A stretch of DNA of 48,143 nt from a virus (Duplodnaviria > Caudoviricetes). The DNA lies in the IMG/VR virus record IMGVR_UViG_3300020044_005177, positions 1 to 48,143 of that record; one strand, given 5' to 3'. Below, piece after piece: positions 10,515-24,351 of this stretch. The number at the start of each line of letters is the position of its first letter. Within the stretch, counting starts at the first letter, position 1. A program made the position numbers and the translations under genes. A model generated the notes under the pieces. The model did not search any database and was not told where the DNA came from. It saw only the letters and a list, made by a program, of their open reading frames with translations.

Positions 10515-12484
10515 TATGACACCATTGCCTCCATAGAAACTAAATCGACAACCTCACATCCTGTCGATCCACTACACGCTAGTTCCTGAGAACCAGTTGT
10601 TGAATCTTCTAGTTCGTATAATGGTAATGATTGCCAAGGAATGCTTTTGGGCATTGCTAGCAGAGCGTTATTGTACTCTTCTTTAGTAATTTCTTGATAT
10701 GGCGCTTGACGATATGAATGCTCTGACAATGGAAGAAAACTTACTCCACCAATGGAATCAAAGTTATTATAAACCCAAGCGCCAACGTCTAGCCACTCAT
10801 CTTCTGCAACATTGATGGTAACAGATGGATTGTGCTCTGTCCAATGAGTTCTGTATACCTTCCAAATCTCAAGATGTTCAATTGCAGTTAAATCTTTTGT
10901 AACCGTTGCCTTATCTGGAGCCTTTACTGGGAAGTAGAATACAGTTGTTGCATCTGGCTTCATTACATCTGGCTCATTTGGAACACCAAAATCCTTGAGG
11001 AACATAGTGAGAGGATCTTTATTATCTGCTCTTACTGAACGGATATAGTATTCAGAATACCAAGGATGGATTCCGCTGGATACTCCAGTTAACTGAGAAA
11101 CTGTTCCAGAAGGCTTTACTGTAGTGATAGCAACAGAAGGTTCAATATTAAGAGCCTCTGCTTCCTTCTTATTTTCAGAAACTGCTTCTGAACGAAGTTG
11201 TTCTAACAATTTAGCAAGATCCTTATGCAATGTTCCAGTTAACTTATTACCAAAAATTCCAGTAAGCGAGACTCCTAGAAGCCTTTCTTCCTCTGTATTT
11301 GTCTGCCAAGATTTTCTGATGTACTTGAAATTGCTTAGTGTTGATTGCCAAGTACCTAGAATTGTTGCAAGACGTACTTTTTCAGAAAGGGTATCTACTG
11401 TATCCTCTGCTGAAATAACTACTTCGGTAAGATTACAGAATTGATTGGCCCGTAGAAGGATCTCTCCGCAGGGATTAGTGCCAGCGACTCTAGATGAATC
11501 TCTGCGACCGAATTTATCAATGTGCTTTCTGACAGAATCCATGTTGTAGATTCCTCGTTCTCCTGACTTTGACTCATAGAGGTTTCTCCATTCTCTGAGG
11601 AATTGAGCAGTATTTGGCTTCATATTATATACCGCGCTGTTGTTAGCAAGGGCACGCTGGCCCTCTGTCTCCCACCATTGACCTGACTTGGCCTTAGCCA
11701 TTTCAAAGTCATCTAGATTAGAAAGAGAAATAAGAGCGGAACGACGAACACCTCCAACAACAACTACCTCGCCAATCTTGCACATAATGTCATGTGCCTC
11801 AATTGACTTGAGTCTACGACCCTTGGCAATCTTAAATTGCTCAACGGTAAACTTAAATAGATCGTTTAGTGGTTCTGGTCCTGATGCACGTCCACCAAAT
11901 GTCTTGAGTCGTGCGCCTGCGGGACGAACCTTTGACATATCCCAATTTGGAATTTGACCAGTGACAAGAAGACCAATAAGTTCTTTGTATGCCTTAGCCC
12001 ACCCTAACTTTGAATCCTCTACCACAATAGTGGTATTTGTTGGATATAACTCTTCTGCAATAACAGGTAGTTGAGCAACATGCTTCTGCTCTACTGAGAA
12101 TCCCACACCAGTACCATTCATGAGGATATACATAGCCTCATCAAACGCTCTCAGGCTATCTACCGCGATAAAACTGCAATTGTATGCTGCGATATTATCA
12201 CGTTCTAAAGCAGGCCCAGCAGTCATCATGGCCCTCATGGAGGGCATCACCTTGTGATGAAGAATTGCATCTCTTACTTGTGCAAACTTAATATCATTCT
12301 TATCATAATTATGATTAGTTGAAAGATGATCCTTCATAAAGTCCATATATCTATCAACAGTCTCCACCCAAGTCTCTCGCCTGTTCTTGTCTTCTAGCCA
12401 TCTGGAATATCTTGAAACATGAATAAAATTTCTGTATGGATCTACGATAGATCCGTTGTCATCAATAAATGACATATATAGCAC
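10514..12484 (-). CDS. nrdJ: Class II (adenosylcobalamin-dependent) ribonucleotide reductase
   Basis: YNCSF, GTGVGF, VVVGGVRRSA, TNPCGEI and TTVKPSGTVS motifs plus C-terminal Cys residues. No class I beta subunit nearby. Confidence 0.92.
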   Translation of the reverse strand: MLYMSFIDDNGSIVDPYRNFIHVSRYSRWLEDKNRRETWVETVDRYMDFMKDHLSTNHNYDKNDIKFAQVRDAILHHKVMPSMRAMMTAGPALERDNIAAYNCSFIAVDSLRAFDEAMYILMNGTGVGFSVEQKHVAQLPVIAEELYPTNTTIVVEDSKLGWAKAYKELIGLLVTGQIPNWDMSKVRPAGARLKTFGGRASGPEPLNDLFKFTVEQFKIAKGRRLKSIEAHDIMCKIGEVVVVGGVRRSALISLSNLDDFEMAKAKSGQWWETEGQRALANNSAVYNMKPNTAQFLREWRNLYESKSGERGIYNMDSVRKHIDKFGRRDSSRVAGTNPCGEILLRANQFCNLTEVVISAEDTVDTLSEKVRLATILGTWQSTLSNFKYIRKSWQTNTEEERLLGVSLTGIFGNKLTGTLHKDLAKLLEQLRSEAVSENKKEAEALNIEPSVAITTVKPSGTVSQLTGVSSGIHPWYSEYYIRSVRADNKDPLTMFLKDFGVPNEPDVMKPDATTVFYFPVKAPDKATVTKDLTAIEHLEIWKVYRTHWTEHNPSVTINVAEDEWLDVGAWVYNNFDSIGGVSFLPLSEHSYRQAPYQEITKEEYNNALLAMPKSIPWQSLPLYELEDSTTGSQELACSGSTGCEVVDLVSMEAMVS

Positions 12485-12593
12485 CGTCCATTCTTAAATT
12501 TGATAGTGGTTTAGTATAGCAATAATTCAAAAAATCCGCAATGCGGTATGAGGGGAAATCAATGATTTTTATGTGAGTATTATAACGATTGTA

Positions 12594-13652
12594 TTACATT
12601 CCACCAAGAAGCATTACTGATTCTAAACCTATTCCAGATGTACCGCCGCCGCCAGTACCCAATGGTCCGACGGTTGCACCATTTACCTGAACATACAAAC
12701 CTAAACTTGTTGTCCATGTATCTCCATCTGTTGGAGATGTTGGAGCAGTTCCATGAGGAAGCCTTAAAGATGCAATAGATGTAGTTGGAGCAGTTGTAAT
12801 AAGTGCTCCTGTTAGTGTACCGCCTGTTAAAGTCAAATAGGTACTGGACGCTGTTGCTGATTTAAGATATCCTTGACTAACTACATATGCTGTCGTAGCA
12901 ATTTGCGTAGTGTTTGTATCAACAGCAGCAGTAGGAGCAGCAGGAGTTCCAGTGAGAGTAGGAGACGCCAACTTTGCATATGCTTGTCCTATTACAAAGG
13001 CAGTAGTGGCAATCTGTGTAGTATTGGTATCTACTGCGGCAGTTGTTGACAACGGCACTCCAGTAAAAGTGGGGGAATCTGAAAGCACTACATTTGTCGT
13101 TCCTGTAGAACTAGTAACTCCAGTTCCACCATTGGCTACTGGAAGTGTGCCAGATACATGTGTGGAAAGTCCAATTTTTCCCCAAGAAGGCGCAACGCCC
13201 ACACCACCAGATATTAATGCATTTCCTGTAGCAATATCAGCAAGTTTTGATAATGCACTTGTAGTGGAGGCATAAAGGAGATCTCCGACTGCATATGATG
13301 TTTGTCCAGTGCCGCCCTTGTCTGCGGCTATTGCCGTACCACCCCAAGTACCTGATGAAATCGTTCCACTAAGTGACAGTCCAACAAATGAAGGGCTTGC
13401 AGTTGATCGTATATCCTGTGCAAGTGAAAAAGTCAAAGATCCAGCAGAACTTCCATTGTCAGTGTAAACTGGGGTAGAAAAACCATTAGATACCGTAGCC
13501 CCAGTAATTAATGCTGCTGCTGCATCATCAATAGACTCCCTTAGAATACTATCTATCGTTACCGCTAGATCCTCTATATCCCCTGCAACATTTACTGGGT
13601 CTGTATCTAAGGGATATGGTAAAGCATAATTAGTCGTAGATCCACTAGCCAT
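12594..13652 (-). CDS. Tail fibre-like virion protein
   Basis: Thr/Gly-rich with LPVANGGTG and a duplicated PT.TG.P...TAAVDTNTTQIATTA motif typical of phage fibres. Confidence 0.75.
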   Translation of the reverse strand: MASGSTTNYALPYPLDTDPVNVAGDIEDLAVTIDSILRESIDDAAAALITGATVSNGFSTPVYTDNGSSAGSLTFSLAQDIRSTASPSFVGLSLSGTISSGTWGGTAIAADKGGTGQTSYAVGDLLYASTTSALSKLADIATGNALISGGVGVAPSWGKIGLSTHVSGTLPVANGGTGVTSSTGTTNVVLSDSPTFTGVPLSTTAAVDTNTTQIATTAFVIGQAYAKLASPTLTGTPAAPTAAVDTNTTQIATTAYVVSQGYLKSATASSTYLTLTGGTLTGALITTAPTTSIASLRLPHGTAPTSPTDGDTWTTSLGLYVQVNGATVGPLGTGGGGTSGIGLESVMLLGGM

Positions 13653-13728
13653 AGTTTTATTATATCATTCGCTCTCTAAGAATGACAATGCCCCGCCTAA
13701 AAGACGAGGCATAGTCAAGATTATATTA

Positions 13729-14001
13729 TTACTTTGCTGCAACTGGTTCAACAACTACTGGAGAAACAAATTCTCCATGCTCTCCAAGGGTAGCATCAAA
13801 TGCATCTCCCTGTCCTGCATATTTTCCTCTCCAGTTTGAATTGTAACTAGTTTGATACCAAGTTCCATTAAGACCAATAGAACGAATGAATGCCTGCCCT
13901 ACCGCCTCAGACGCGGGGAAATCAAGATCTCCGCAATCTTTATTGTCAATTACAATAACCTCGCGTACAATTCCATCTTCTACTCTTGCAAAATGTGCCA
14001 T
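13729..14001 (-). CDS. Small companion protein of Gly-rich fibre genes
   Basis: MAHFARV...W.QTSYN...RGKYAG.G family, typically found next to Gly-rich domain genes in phages. Confidence 0.65.
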   Translation of the reverse strand: MAHFARVEDGIVREVIVIDNKDCGDLDFPASEAVGQAFIRSIGLNGTWYQTSYNSNWRGKYAGQGDAFDATLGEHGEFVSPVVVEPVAAK

Positions 14002-14042
14002 TTTTTATACCTTTCTTTTTTATTAATTATAGCATTAGTGGA

Positions 14043-15761
14043 TTATATGGGGTAGCGGATGATCACGATGCCAGAACCACCATTACCGCCGAATGAACCA
14101 GTCGCAGCAGTACCACCACCGCCGCCTCCTGTATTTGCGCTACCAGCGGTTCCAACCCCTGAAGTAGCGCCAGCACCTCCACCGCCCGATCCACCGGCAC
14201 CAGCGACAGCGGAACCGCCTGCCCCGCCACCTCCACCGATAGCGTAAGAACCGGCAGTGTAAGTGCTAGAAGGGTTGGTGCCAGCGATAACAGTCGTCGT
14301 ACCAGCGCCTCCAGCGCCACCAGTGGTACTAGAACCAGCCGCTCCTACCGCTCCAGCCCCACCGCCACCACCACCAGCGGTAGAAGAAGACCCGACACCA
14401 CCGTTATTCCCTAGTGACGTAGTTCCAAGACCCGCAGCGCCAGAAGTCTTCTGACCACCGCCACCGCTGCCACCGGCTTTACCGTTGTCGCCGTTCAATA
14501 CCGACGTGCCACCACCCGCGCCGCCACCGGGAGCGAAGTAAGAACCTACGCTGCTAGCCCTACCAGAATCTGGGGTGTTAGTTGAAGCGGAGCCTCCCGC
14601 CCCAACATTCACGGTAATAGCGCCAACAGGTAGATACACGCTGCTGACAGCGAGAACGCCACCAGCACCGCCACCACCACCATTGTTGAGGCCTCCTGAA
14701 CCTCCACCGCCGACTACTACTAGATCAACAAACCCCGGAGACGTGACGGTTAAAGTACTTGCACCAGCAGTGGTGAACACATGGGTCTTGTAGGTGCGAC
14801 CATTTACGCCATCAGTACCGTTACCCGTGTACGTCTGTATGTTGTCACCACCACTCGCTGCGACTCCTGCTGCGCTGCCTGCGGTTACGGTACGAACAAT
14901 CACAATGCCGCTACCGCCAGCACCACCACTGTTAAGCCCAGAGCCTGCGTAGCCGCCACCGCCGCCGCCACCGCCCGTATTTACAGTGCCAGAAGTAGCC
15001 GCAGTTGCGTTACCTGAACCGGCACCTCCACCACCAGTACCGCCAGCGCCAGCCGTAGCACTGTAATTACCGCCGCCGCCACCACCGGCATACGTCTGAT
15101 TTGATCCAGTCTGTAAAGAATTCGCTAAACCAGTACCGCCAGCGCCACCGGTTCCTGATACTCCATTTGAGCCGACTGTACCAGCACCGCCGCCGCCAGC
15201 GGCTGGACCGTTCGCCGTGCAAATGCCTCCAGCATTTCCTTGACCGCTGAATCCTGACGCCGAAGTCAGCGTGTTATCTGCGGAGCCACCTCCAGAACCG
15301 CCAACCCCTCCAACATAAATAGAACCTGTAATCGCTGCCGTAAGAGTGTTTCCACCACAGCCACCTCCGATAGCAACTATTCCGCTGCCTATACTGCTAC
15401 TGCTGCCATTCTGCGCTAAAGACGTAGTAGTGCCAGCGACGCCTCCAGCGCCCACACTTACGGAGTAACTCCCTGCTGGAAGGAAAAAAGAATTGCTATT
15501 CATACCTCCAGCGCCACCACCACCACCGCCGCGATTGCCTGTTCCCCAACCACCACCACCGCCGCCTGCTATTACCAGCACATCAACTATTCCACTGTTT
15601 GATACAACAAGTGTTCCAGAACCAGTAAACGTCTGTACCTGATACGTCACGCCACCAGACGAATACGTAGTAGTAGTTCCACCACTCACAGCGGCATAAC
15701 GCCCAGCGACCGGGATAGTAGAACCAGCACCCCTCGCTGTGGACAGTTTGCTAATAGCCAT
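14043..15761 (-). CDS. Glycine-rich virion protein with two Gly-rich domains
   Basis: Two domains, each opening with (V/L)V(I/V).GGG and ending GGSGIVI(V/I)R. The likely start is ATG 15761 (MAISK) after GGAG. Confidence 0.75.
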   Translation of the reverse strand: MAISKLSTARGAGSTIPVAGRYAAVSGGTTTTYSSGGVTYQVQTFTGSGTLVVSNSGIVDVLVIAGGGGGGWGTGNRGGGGGGAGGMNSNSFFLPAGSYSVSVGAGGVAGTTTSLAQNGSSSSIGSGIVAIGGGCGGNTLTAAITGSIYVGGVGGSGGGSADNTLTSASGFSGQGNAGGICTANGPAAGGGGAGTVGSNGVSGTGGAGGTGLANSLQTGSNQTYAGGGGGGNYSATAGAGGTGGGGAGSGNATAATSGTVNTGGGGGGGGYAGSGLNSGGAGGSGIVIVRTVTAGSAAGVAASGGDNIQTYTGNGTDGVNGRTYKTHVFTTAGASTLTVTSPGFVDLVVVGGGGSGGLNNGGGGGAGGVLAVSSVYLPVGAITVNVGAGGSASTNTPDSGRASSVGSYFAPGGGAGGGTSVLNGDNGKAGGSGGGGQKTSGAAGLGTTSLGNNGGVGSSSTAGGGGGGAGAVGAAGSSTTGGAGGAGTTTVIAGTNPSSTYTAGSYAIGGGGGAGGSAVAGAGGSGGGGAGATSGVGTAGSANTGGGGGGTAATGSFGGNGGSGIVIIRYPI

Positions 15762-15824
15762 TGTCGTACTCCGTATCCTCAAGCCAGTCGGCTGTTACGT
15801 CATCGGGGAGTCTCAGGAACATCA

Positions 15825-16673
15825 TTAGACGGCTACCCTCACAATTACGATTCCCGAACCACCAGTGCCGCCATTATTGCCACCGCCAGCACCACCGCCG
15901 CCGCCTTTATTGGCTGTCGCGTTGGTGCCTGCTGCACCTGCTGCACCGCCAGCACCACCACCAAAGGTTGCAGTTCCACCAGTCACCGAACCAGCGCCAC
16001 CACCGCCGCCGCCGACCGTGTAGTTGCCTGCGACATAGGCACCTGTTGGCGTGGTGCCTGCGATAGTGATGTTGGTCCCGGTACCGCCAGCACCGCCAGT
16101 GGTGCCGGACCCTGCTCCACCGACACCGCCTGACCCACCGCCGCCGCCACCATTATTGACGCCTACCGACGCACCGCCCGTATTCCCTTGCCCGGTCATG
16201 CCGGTGCCGCCAGCGCCGCCACCAGTCCCGCCGCCGCCAGAGCCGCCCGTATTGCCTTGATAAGCCGTAGATGCAGTGGAGTTCGAATCCGCGCAGCCGC
16301 CGCCGATGGCGTAATAATTACCAAGGCGTGAACCAGCCCCGTTGTAACTCATCTGCTGCCCCACGCTTGCGCTCGGCACGCCACCTGCGCCTACGGTAAC
16401 CGTGAGTGTCCCCACGGGTAAATAGGCGTTGGTCACCTCTAGAACGCCACCAGCACCGCCGCCGCCGCCCTGATTAGCAGACGTTCCACCACCACCCGCA
16501 CCGCCAGCCACGACAACGATGTCTGCGAATCCCGCCTTCGTCACTGTCAATGTTGAACTAGCCGTAAACGTTTTGTACTTGTACCCCGTATAGGTTCCCG
16601 TGGACGTATCGCTGAAATCAGCGGCGCTAGGAAGTCCGCTCAGTTTGTTCCCACTGAGAGTGGAAAATGTCAT
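15825..16673 (-). CDS. Glycine-rich virion protein (one domain)
   Basis: Same domain as 14043-15761 (TFT..STLTVT..GF.D.VVV.GG...GGSGIVIVR). Confidence 0.75.
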   Translation of the reverse strand: MTFSTLSGNKLSGLPSAADFSDTSTGTYTGYKYKTFTASSTLTVTKAGFADIVVVAGGAGGGGTSANQGGGGGAGGVLEVTNAYLPVGTLTVTVGAGGVPSASVGQQMSYNGAGSRLGNYYAIGGGCADSNSTASTAYQGNTGGSGGGGTGGGAGGTGMTGQGNTGGASVGVNNGGGGGGSGGVGGAGSGTTGGAGGTGTNITIAGTTPTGAYVAGNYTVGGGGGGAGSVTGGTATFGGGAGGAAGAAGTNATANKGGGGGAGGGNNGGTGGSGIVIVRVAV

Positions 16674-17008
16674 TAGGAAATCTCGCTTCCGAACGCTGAA
16701 AATGAAACAGTAGAAGCACTAGCGGAACATAGCAGGTACTTATTTGTAGTATCTAGTGTTGCACCGAATGTCAAACCAACTGTGTCATTGCCAGCAATGC
16801 TTGCTTGATATACGATATATCCAGCAGCAACAAATGAAGTTGTCGTGGAAATAGCGATACTGAACGTCGCTGCTGATGAGGACGTGTTGCAAATCGTTAT
16901 TGTTGATATGACTGTACTTGTAGCGGAAGGAACCGTATATAACGTATCCGCTGTTCCTATAGTTCCTGTTGACGCAATAGCGCCAAGACGTTTGTATGCT
17001 GTAGCCAC
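16673..17008 (-). CDS. Small beta-rich virion protein (putative fibre adaptor)
   Basis: 111 aa, MATAYKRLG...TLYTVP...TITICN...FSAFGSEIS. Translationally coupled to the Gly-rich gene. Confidence 0.65.
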   Translation of the reverse strand: MATAYKRLGAIASTGTIGTADTLYTVPSATSTVISTITICNTSSSAATFSIAISTTTSFVAAGYIVYQASIAGNDTVGLTFGATLDTTNKYLLCSASASTVSFSAFGSEIS

Positions 17009-17040
17009 TTATTCCTCCTTCTAAATTATATCATATGGGT

Positions 17041-17544
17041 TTATGCACCCATTAATAGAAGTGATGATAAAGAGTCACCGCCCAGACCACTGCCGTAGAA
17101 TGTACCACTGGCATCCACTCTTGCAACAATTGTCCCATTAAGTTTCCATTCTTGCAAGTTTGCTGTTTGACCATTTGCTCCATTGATAATCAATGGAACG
17201 GTAGCCACAGTTTGCGGGGTAATCGTATTTGGAGAAGCAGTCTGAGATATCAATCGTACATATGTTGCTGGTGCGGTAGTATTTTGAAAAGTTTCAAGAG
17301 CAGTTAATCTGGTATGAATTGGAGATGGTGTTGGTGAGACTCCTGTATAACCAATGTTTGTTGCAGTGCCGTCAACTCTTGTATTTACCGTCGCTAAATG
17401 TCCTGCAATACTATTAGAATTGGTTGCTCCAGTATATGGATCATTACCAAAATGATAAAAATATAAGGCATCCATAACATTTGCATTGGCCCCAAGTGTG
17501 GGTATAAGTGTTGGATAACTGCCGCCTGTCAATGTACTAGCCAA
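17041..17544 (-). CDS. Fibre-associated virion protein
   Basis: 167 aa, TTG start, GQTANLQEW motif, C-terminal LLLMGA. Confidence 0.6.
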   Translation of the reverse strand: MASTLTGGSYPTLIPTLGANANVMDALYFYHFGNDPYTGATNSNSIAGHLATVNTRVDGTATNIGYTGVSPTPSPIHTRLTALETFQNTTAPATYVRLISQTASPNTITPQTVATVPLIINGANGQTANLQEWKLNGTIVARVDASGTFYGSGLGGDSLSSLLLMGA

Positions 17545-17591
17545 TTGATTTCACCTTAACTAATTGTATCATGGGGTTTTTTATCAATATA

Positions 17592-20836
<3,245 letters not shown>

Positions 20837-20837
<1 letters not shown>

Positions 20838-21181
20838 TACCTCGTAACCTCAGGGGTAACAATAAATTTACCCTCTATTAATCTGGTAACCTCACCACCA
20901 GAATCAAGTTCTAGGTCATATACATATTCTTTTGCAATAATCTCAGCAGTATCAATTGCACTTACGGTAATGAATATAGTTCCTTCATCGCCTCCTAATA
21001 CAATGCCGCCGTTTTCTGTAGTCAAGTTTAAATTATATATATTGCTTATATGTTTTTCACGAACTTGCATTCTGGCCGTATAATATGTAAGATCGACAGG
21101 AACATCATCAATAGTCCAAGTAAGTTGTTGATTGAATGTAGATCCTTGTGGACATACAATATTATACTTTCCAGGTATCAT
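20837..21181 (-). CDS. Small structural protein (BppU/LtfC-like beta domain)
   Basis: QGSTF...[12 protein letters not shown]...YVYDLEL...RLIEG.F.V.PEVTR. Coupled to the collagen gene. Confidence 0.6.
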
Positions 21182-21221
21182 AAAATAAAGCCTCCTGACT
21201 TTATTCTATTATATCAAAGTA

Positions 21222-21914
21222 TTAATTGTACGGATAGCGTGAAGGCCATATTCTTTTAAAAGCAATTCTATCAAGTTCAATATCACGCAATTTACTTCCA
21301 CTATATTCTGGATCTGTTTGAGACATTCCATGATCAATACCGATGCCGACCATTTTACAAATCTTTCCACCTATTGATTGACACTTTCTAAACAAATCAT
21401 CATCTCCCCACCAAAGAATAAAGTCTGGGTGAATTGCATACTTCTCATTTTTCCAAAAATCTGCGTCAACCATGAAAGCATATCCTACCCTATCTTCCCA
21501 ATTAATATCAACTGTTTCTACTGAAATAATCGGATCAAATGATCGTTTTAATATATCAACTACTGCTATCTTATAGTCTTTCATGTTATCTGCCATTGTT
21601 CTTATTGCCATAAATGGCAATCTAATGTCGTTGTTGAGTATTGCAAGTTTTACATCTCCAACTTCTGCCGCCGTTTTAATCATATGGTTCCACATATCAT
21701 ATAGTCTTACATTTTTACAATCTCTATACTTAAGACGACTATCTGTTTTCATTCTATTTGATATCCAATATCTTGTATCATCAGTTGATCCGTTATCGTA
21801 TATCCATAATTCATCTATATTGTCTCCAATAAGCAAGGACTCTACAAGGGGGGCGGTCCATCTTAATTGATTCTTCACTGGTATGGCTGCAACAATCACT
21901 TCTTGATCCCCCAA
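21222..21914 (-). CDS. Family 2 glycosyltransferase
   Basis: IPVKN, DNGSTD, ILNNDI and WWGDDD motifs. Confidence 0.8.
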   Translation of the reverse strand: MGDQEVIVAAIPVKNQLRWTAPLVESLLIGDNIDELWIYDNGSTDDTRYWISNRMKTDSRLKYRDCKNVRLYDMWNHMIKTAAEVGDVKLAILNNDIRLPFMAIRTMADNMKDYKIAVVDILKRSFDPIISVETVDINWEDRVGYAFMVDADFWKNEKYAIHPDFILWWGDDDLFRKCQSIGGKICKMVGIGIDHGMSQTDPEYSGSKLRDIELDRIAFKRIWPSRYPYN

Positions 21915-22420
21915 AAATATAAATCTTTTGACTGACTATTATAAGTAAATTCATATGAAGAGAATATTTCATCAAAATCTATATGAGATGTAAAATCTTC
22001 TTGATTAAGGTTTCTATAATAATCCCATTCAATGGTGAATGGTGAGTCTTGCGGGGTAGTTGCAGAGGTTCCATGCTCTGGCCTTCCTTCACTAGCACAA
22101 GTAAACACTACAAATCTTGATGACATTCTGCACATATTCAAAAATGTCTCAAGCCAATATGGATTATGCTCAAAGCATTCAGCAGATACGGTTACGTCAA
22201 ATAACCGATCTTCATATGTCAGATCTTGTCCTTGACCAATCACATCAACTGATGGTCCACTATCTAGGTCTACTCCAATATAAGTTTTTGAATCAAACAA
22301 TTCACGAATAGATCCATTGATATCAAGAGAACCTATTTCCAAAACATTGACCTGTGAAAACATTTCAGGAAACTTTTCCTTTAATGATAAGAAAAAATCT
22401 ATTTGTTCTTTATGAGACAT
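21896..22420 (-). CDS. Class I SAM-dependent methyltransferase
   Basis: VLEIGS motif I, YIGVD, FDVTVSAECFEH. Confidence 0.8.
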   Translation of the reverse strand: MSHKEQIDFFLSLKEKFPEMFSQVNVLEIGSLDINGSIRELFDSKTYIGVDLDSGPSVDVIGQGQDLTYEDRLFDVTVSAECFEHNPYWLETFLNMCRMSSRFVVFTCASEGRPEHGTSATTPQDSPFTIEWDYYRNLNQEDFTSHIDFDEIFSSYEFTYNSQSKDLYFWGIKK

Positions 22421-23471
22421 TATTATCTACCTTTTCTAAATAAAATTTTAAATTGCTTTTAAGTCTTTCATCTTGTGGAGATGTGCTCACGGCATTGAAT
22501 CCATGAGCATATGCTTCATGATAAAAACCTAGATTGTAAGCAGCGATAGCCGCGTAGTCGTGTGGTGCATGTCCCCAAGCAAATGGATCACATATATATT
22601 CCAATGGTTTATTTTTTATATTCAATGCTTTAATCGCAGCATCAAATGAATGATTCCATTTTTTCTTTTCATAGTAGTATTTTGCTAATTCTACCCACGG
22701 TTCCCTGCGATCTGGACATTCCTTTGAGGAACGCAGAAGCCAATACAACCTATTATCCTCATCACATTTAGCAAGATATCTCATTGATGCGGATCGTTCT
22801 GGTTTCCATGTTGCACGAGGTAAGGATAGGTGACGAATAAACTCTTTTGTTGCTTCTTCATACATGTTATTGAAATAGTATTCCCTTGCCAAATAATGCG
22901 CGTTTCTATCATCATCAGGATCTTCTTGTACCGCCAACTGAAGCAATGGAAAATATTGACCCCTAGATTTCGTATGATCAGGAAAATGATGAATTTCCAA
23001 GTCACACCATTCTTGTTTTTCAGATTCAGCAGTGAGCACTTCATGAACAGGATGCTTCCAAGTATATCCATGCCTTGCATGAATCTTGTCTCCACCGTAT
23101 TGAAGACCTGAAGATCCATCATCATTCCAAGACCAAGTGTACTTATATCTTGGACGAGTTGTATCATCATGAATTTGTTTTGTTAAATGATCTCTCCATC
23201 CTTCAACAAGTATCTCATCCATGTCAAGTGCTATGCAATAGTTTATGTCTGATGGTAAATTGTCAAGAGCCTTGTTTCTTGCAACATCAAATCTCCAAGG
23301 ATCGACTACCTCAACCTCAACATTAATTCCTAATTGTTTTGCAATCTGCACTGTGTTATCTGTGCTTCCAGTATCAAGAATGAATAAGTAATCGGCATCT
23401 CTTGCAGAATCATACCATCGTTTCACAAATTGCTCTTCATTCTTTGCAATAGTATAAATTGCTATGTTCAT
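22410..23471 (-). CDS. Family 2 glycosyltransferase with C-terminal TPR repeats
   Basis: IAKNEE, DTGSTD, FDVARN, LDMDE and HPVHE motifs followed by a helical TPR-like C-terminus. Confidence 0.85.
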   Translation of the reverse strand: MNIAIYTIAKNEEQFVKRWYDSARDADYLFILDTGSTDNTVQIAKQLGINVEVEVVDPWRFDVARNKALDNLPSDINYCIALDMDEILVEGWRDHLTKQIHDDTTRPRYKYTWSWNDDGSSGLQYGGDKIHARHGYTWKHPVHEVLTAESEKQEWCDLEIHHFPDHTKSRGQYFPLLQLAVQEDPDDDRNAHYLAREYYFNNMYEEATKEFIRHLSLPRATWKPERSASMRYLAKCDEDNRLYWLLRSSKECPDRREPWVELAKYYYEKKKWNHSFDAAIKALNIKNKPLEYICDPFAWGHAPHDYAAIAAYNLGFYHEAYAHGFNAVSTSPQDERLKSNLKFYLEKVDNNVS

Positions 23472-23536
23472 GTATCTCCAAAGATTGGATTAATTATATC
23501 ACCGATATCATTGTTATCAAGTTGTTACCATGATTC

Positions 23537-23566
23537 TTGACAATTGCAATAAAAGGTCAGTATACT
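23537..23566 (+). promoter_or_regulatory. Sigma70/SigA-type promoter for thyX
   Basis: TTGACA (23537), 18 nt spacer, TATACT (23561). Confidence 0.6.
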
Positions 23567-23655
23567 TGTCTTTAAGAAAGAAGAGAGAGAAGGAGATGCA
23601 ATCTCCTCCATCTTCCTAGCATAGACCCGCAGGGTCTAGAGATGAAAGGTTTTCT

Positions 23656-24351
23656 TTGAATATTCCAGTCCTTGATCACGGTTACGTTATGCTCATTAAT
23701 AATATGGGTAGCGATATTGATGTAGTGAACAGCGCACGTACATCTTTTGATAAATCTGTATCAGAACTAAAGATTAAAGATCATAATCTTATTAACTTTC
23801 TAGTAAAAAACAAGCATGATTCTACTCTTCGTCATTGTGTTATGACGTTTGAAGTCTATGCTCCTCTCATGGTTGCTAGACAGTGGTACAAGCACGCTGT
23901 ATCTTCTACTCATCTTGATGATCAATTAGGATGGAATGAATCCTCTCGTCGTTATATAACAGAGAGGGAAGAGTTTTATATTCCTGATCCTAATTCTTGG
24001 AGGTCTGCAACCCTTGATGTAAAGCAAGGTAGTGGAGATCCCGTCTCTCTTTATTATGGTGCTAAGTATAGTCAATGGATGCATAGGATTGTCAAGGAGT
24101 CAGAGGACATGTATCAAGAAGCCCTACGAGACGGCGTAGCGCCTGAACAGGCACGTCTCCTACTTCCTGCCTATGCCATGTATGTTCGTTGGCGTTGGAC
24201 GGCATCATTAAATGCTTTACTTCACTTCTGCTCCCTGCGTTTGGGCCACGGAGCACAGGCTGAAATAGTAGACTATGCCAAGGTAATCAACGACATGGTT
24301 ACGCAGCATTACCCCATAACAGCAAAGGCATGGAATGAGTTTCGAATCTAA
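23656..24351 (+). CDS. thyX: Flavin-dependent thymidylate synthase ThyX
   Basis: NSARTSF, ARQWYKH, WNESSRRY, EQARLLLP and LRL..GAQAEI motifs. TTG start after GAAAGG. Confidence 0.93.
   Translation: MNIPVLDHGYVMLINNMGSDIDVVNSARTSFDKSVSELKIKDHNLINFLVKNKHDSTLRHCVMTFEVYAPLMVARQWYKHAVSSTHLDDQLGWNESSRRYITEREEFYIPDPNSWRSATLDVKQGSGDPVSLYYGAKYSQWMHRIVKESEDMYQEALRDGVAPEQARLLLPAYAMYVRWRWTASLNALLHFCSLRLGHGAQAEIVDYAKVINDMVTQHYPITAKAWNEFRI

Noticed and set aside
10514-12484. Intein or intron in nrdJ, thyX or the structural genes
   Set aside because: Lengths are normal, the catalytic motifs are contiguous and no intein splice motifs were seen.
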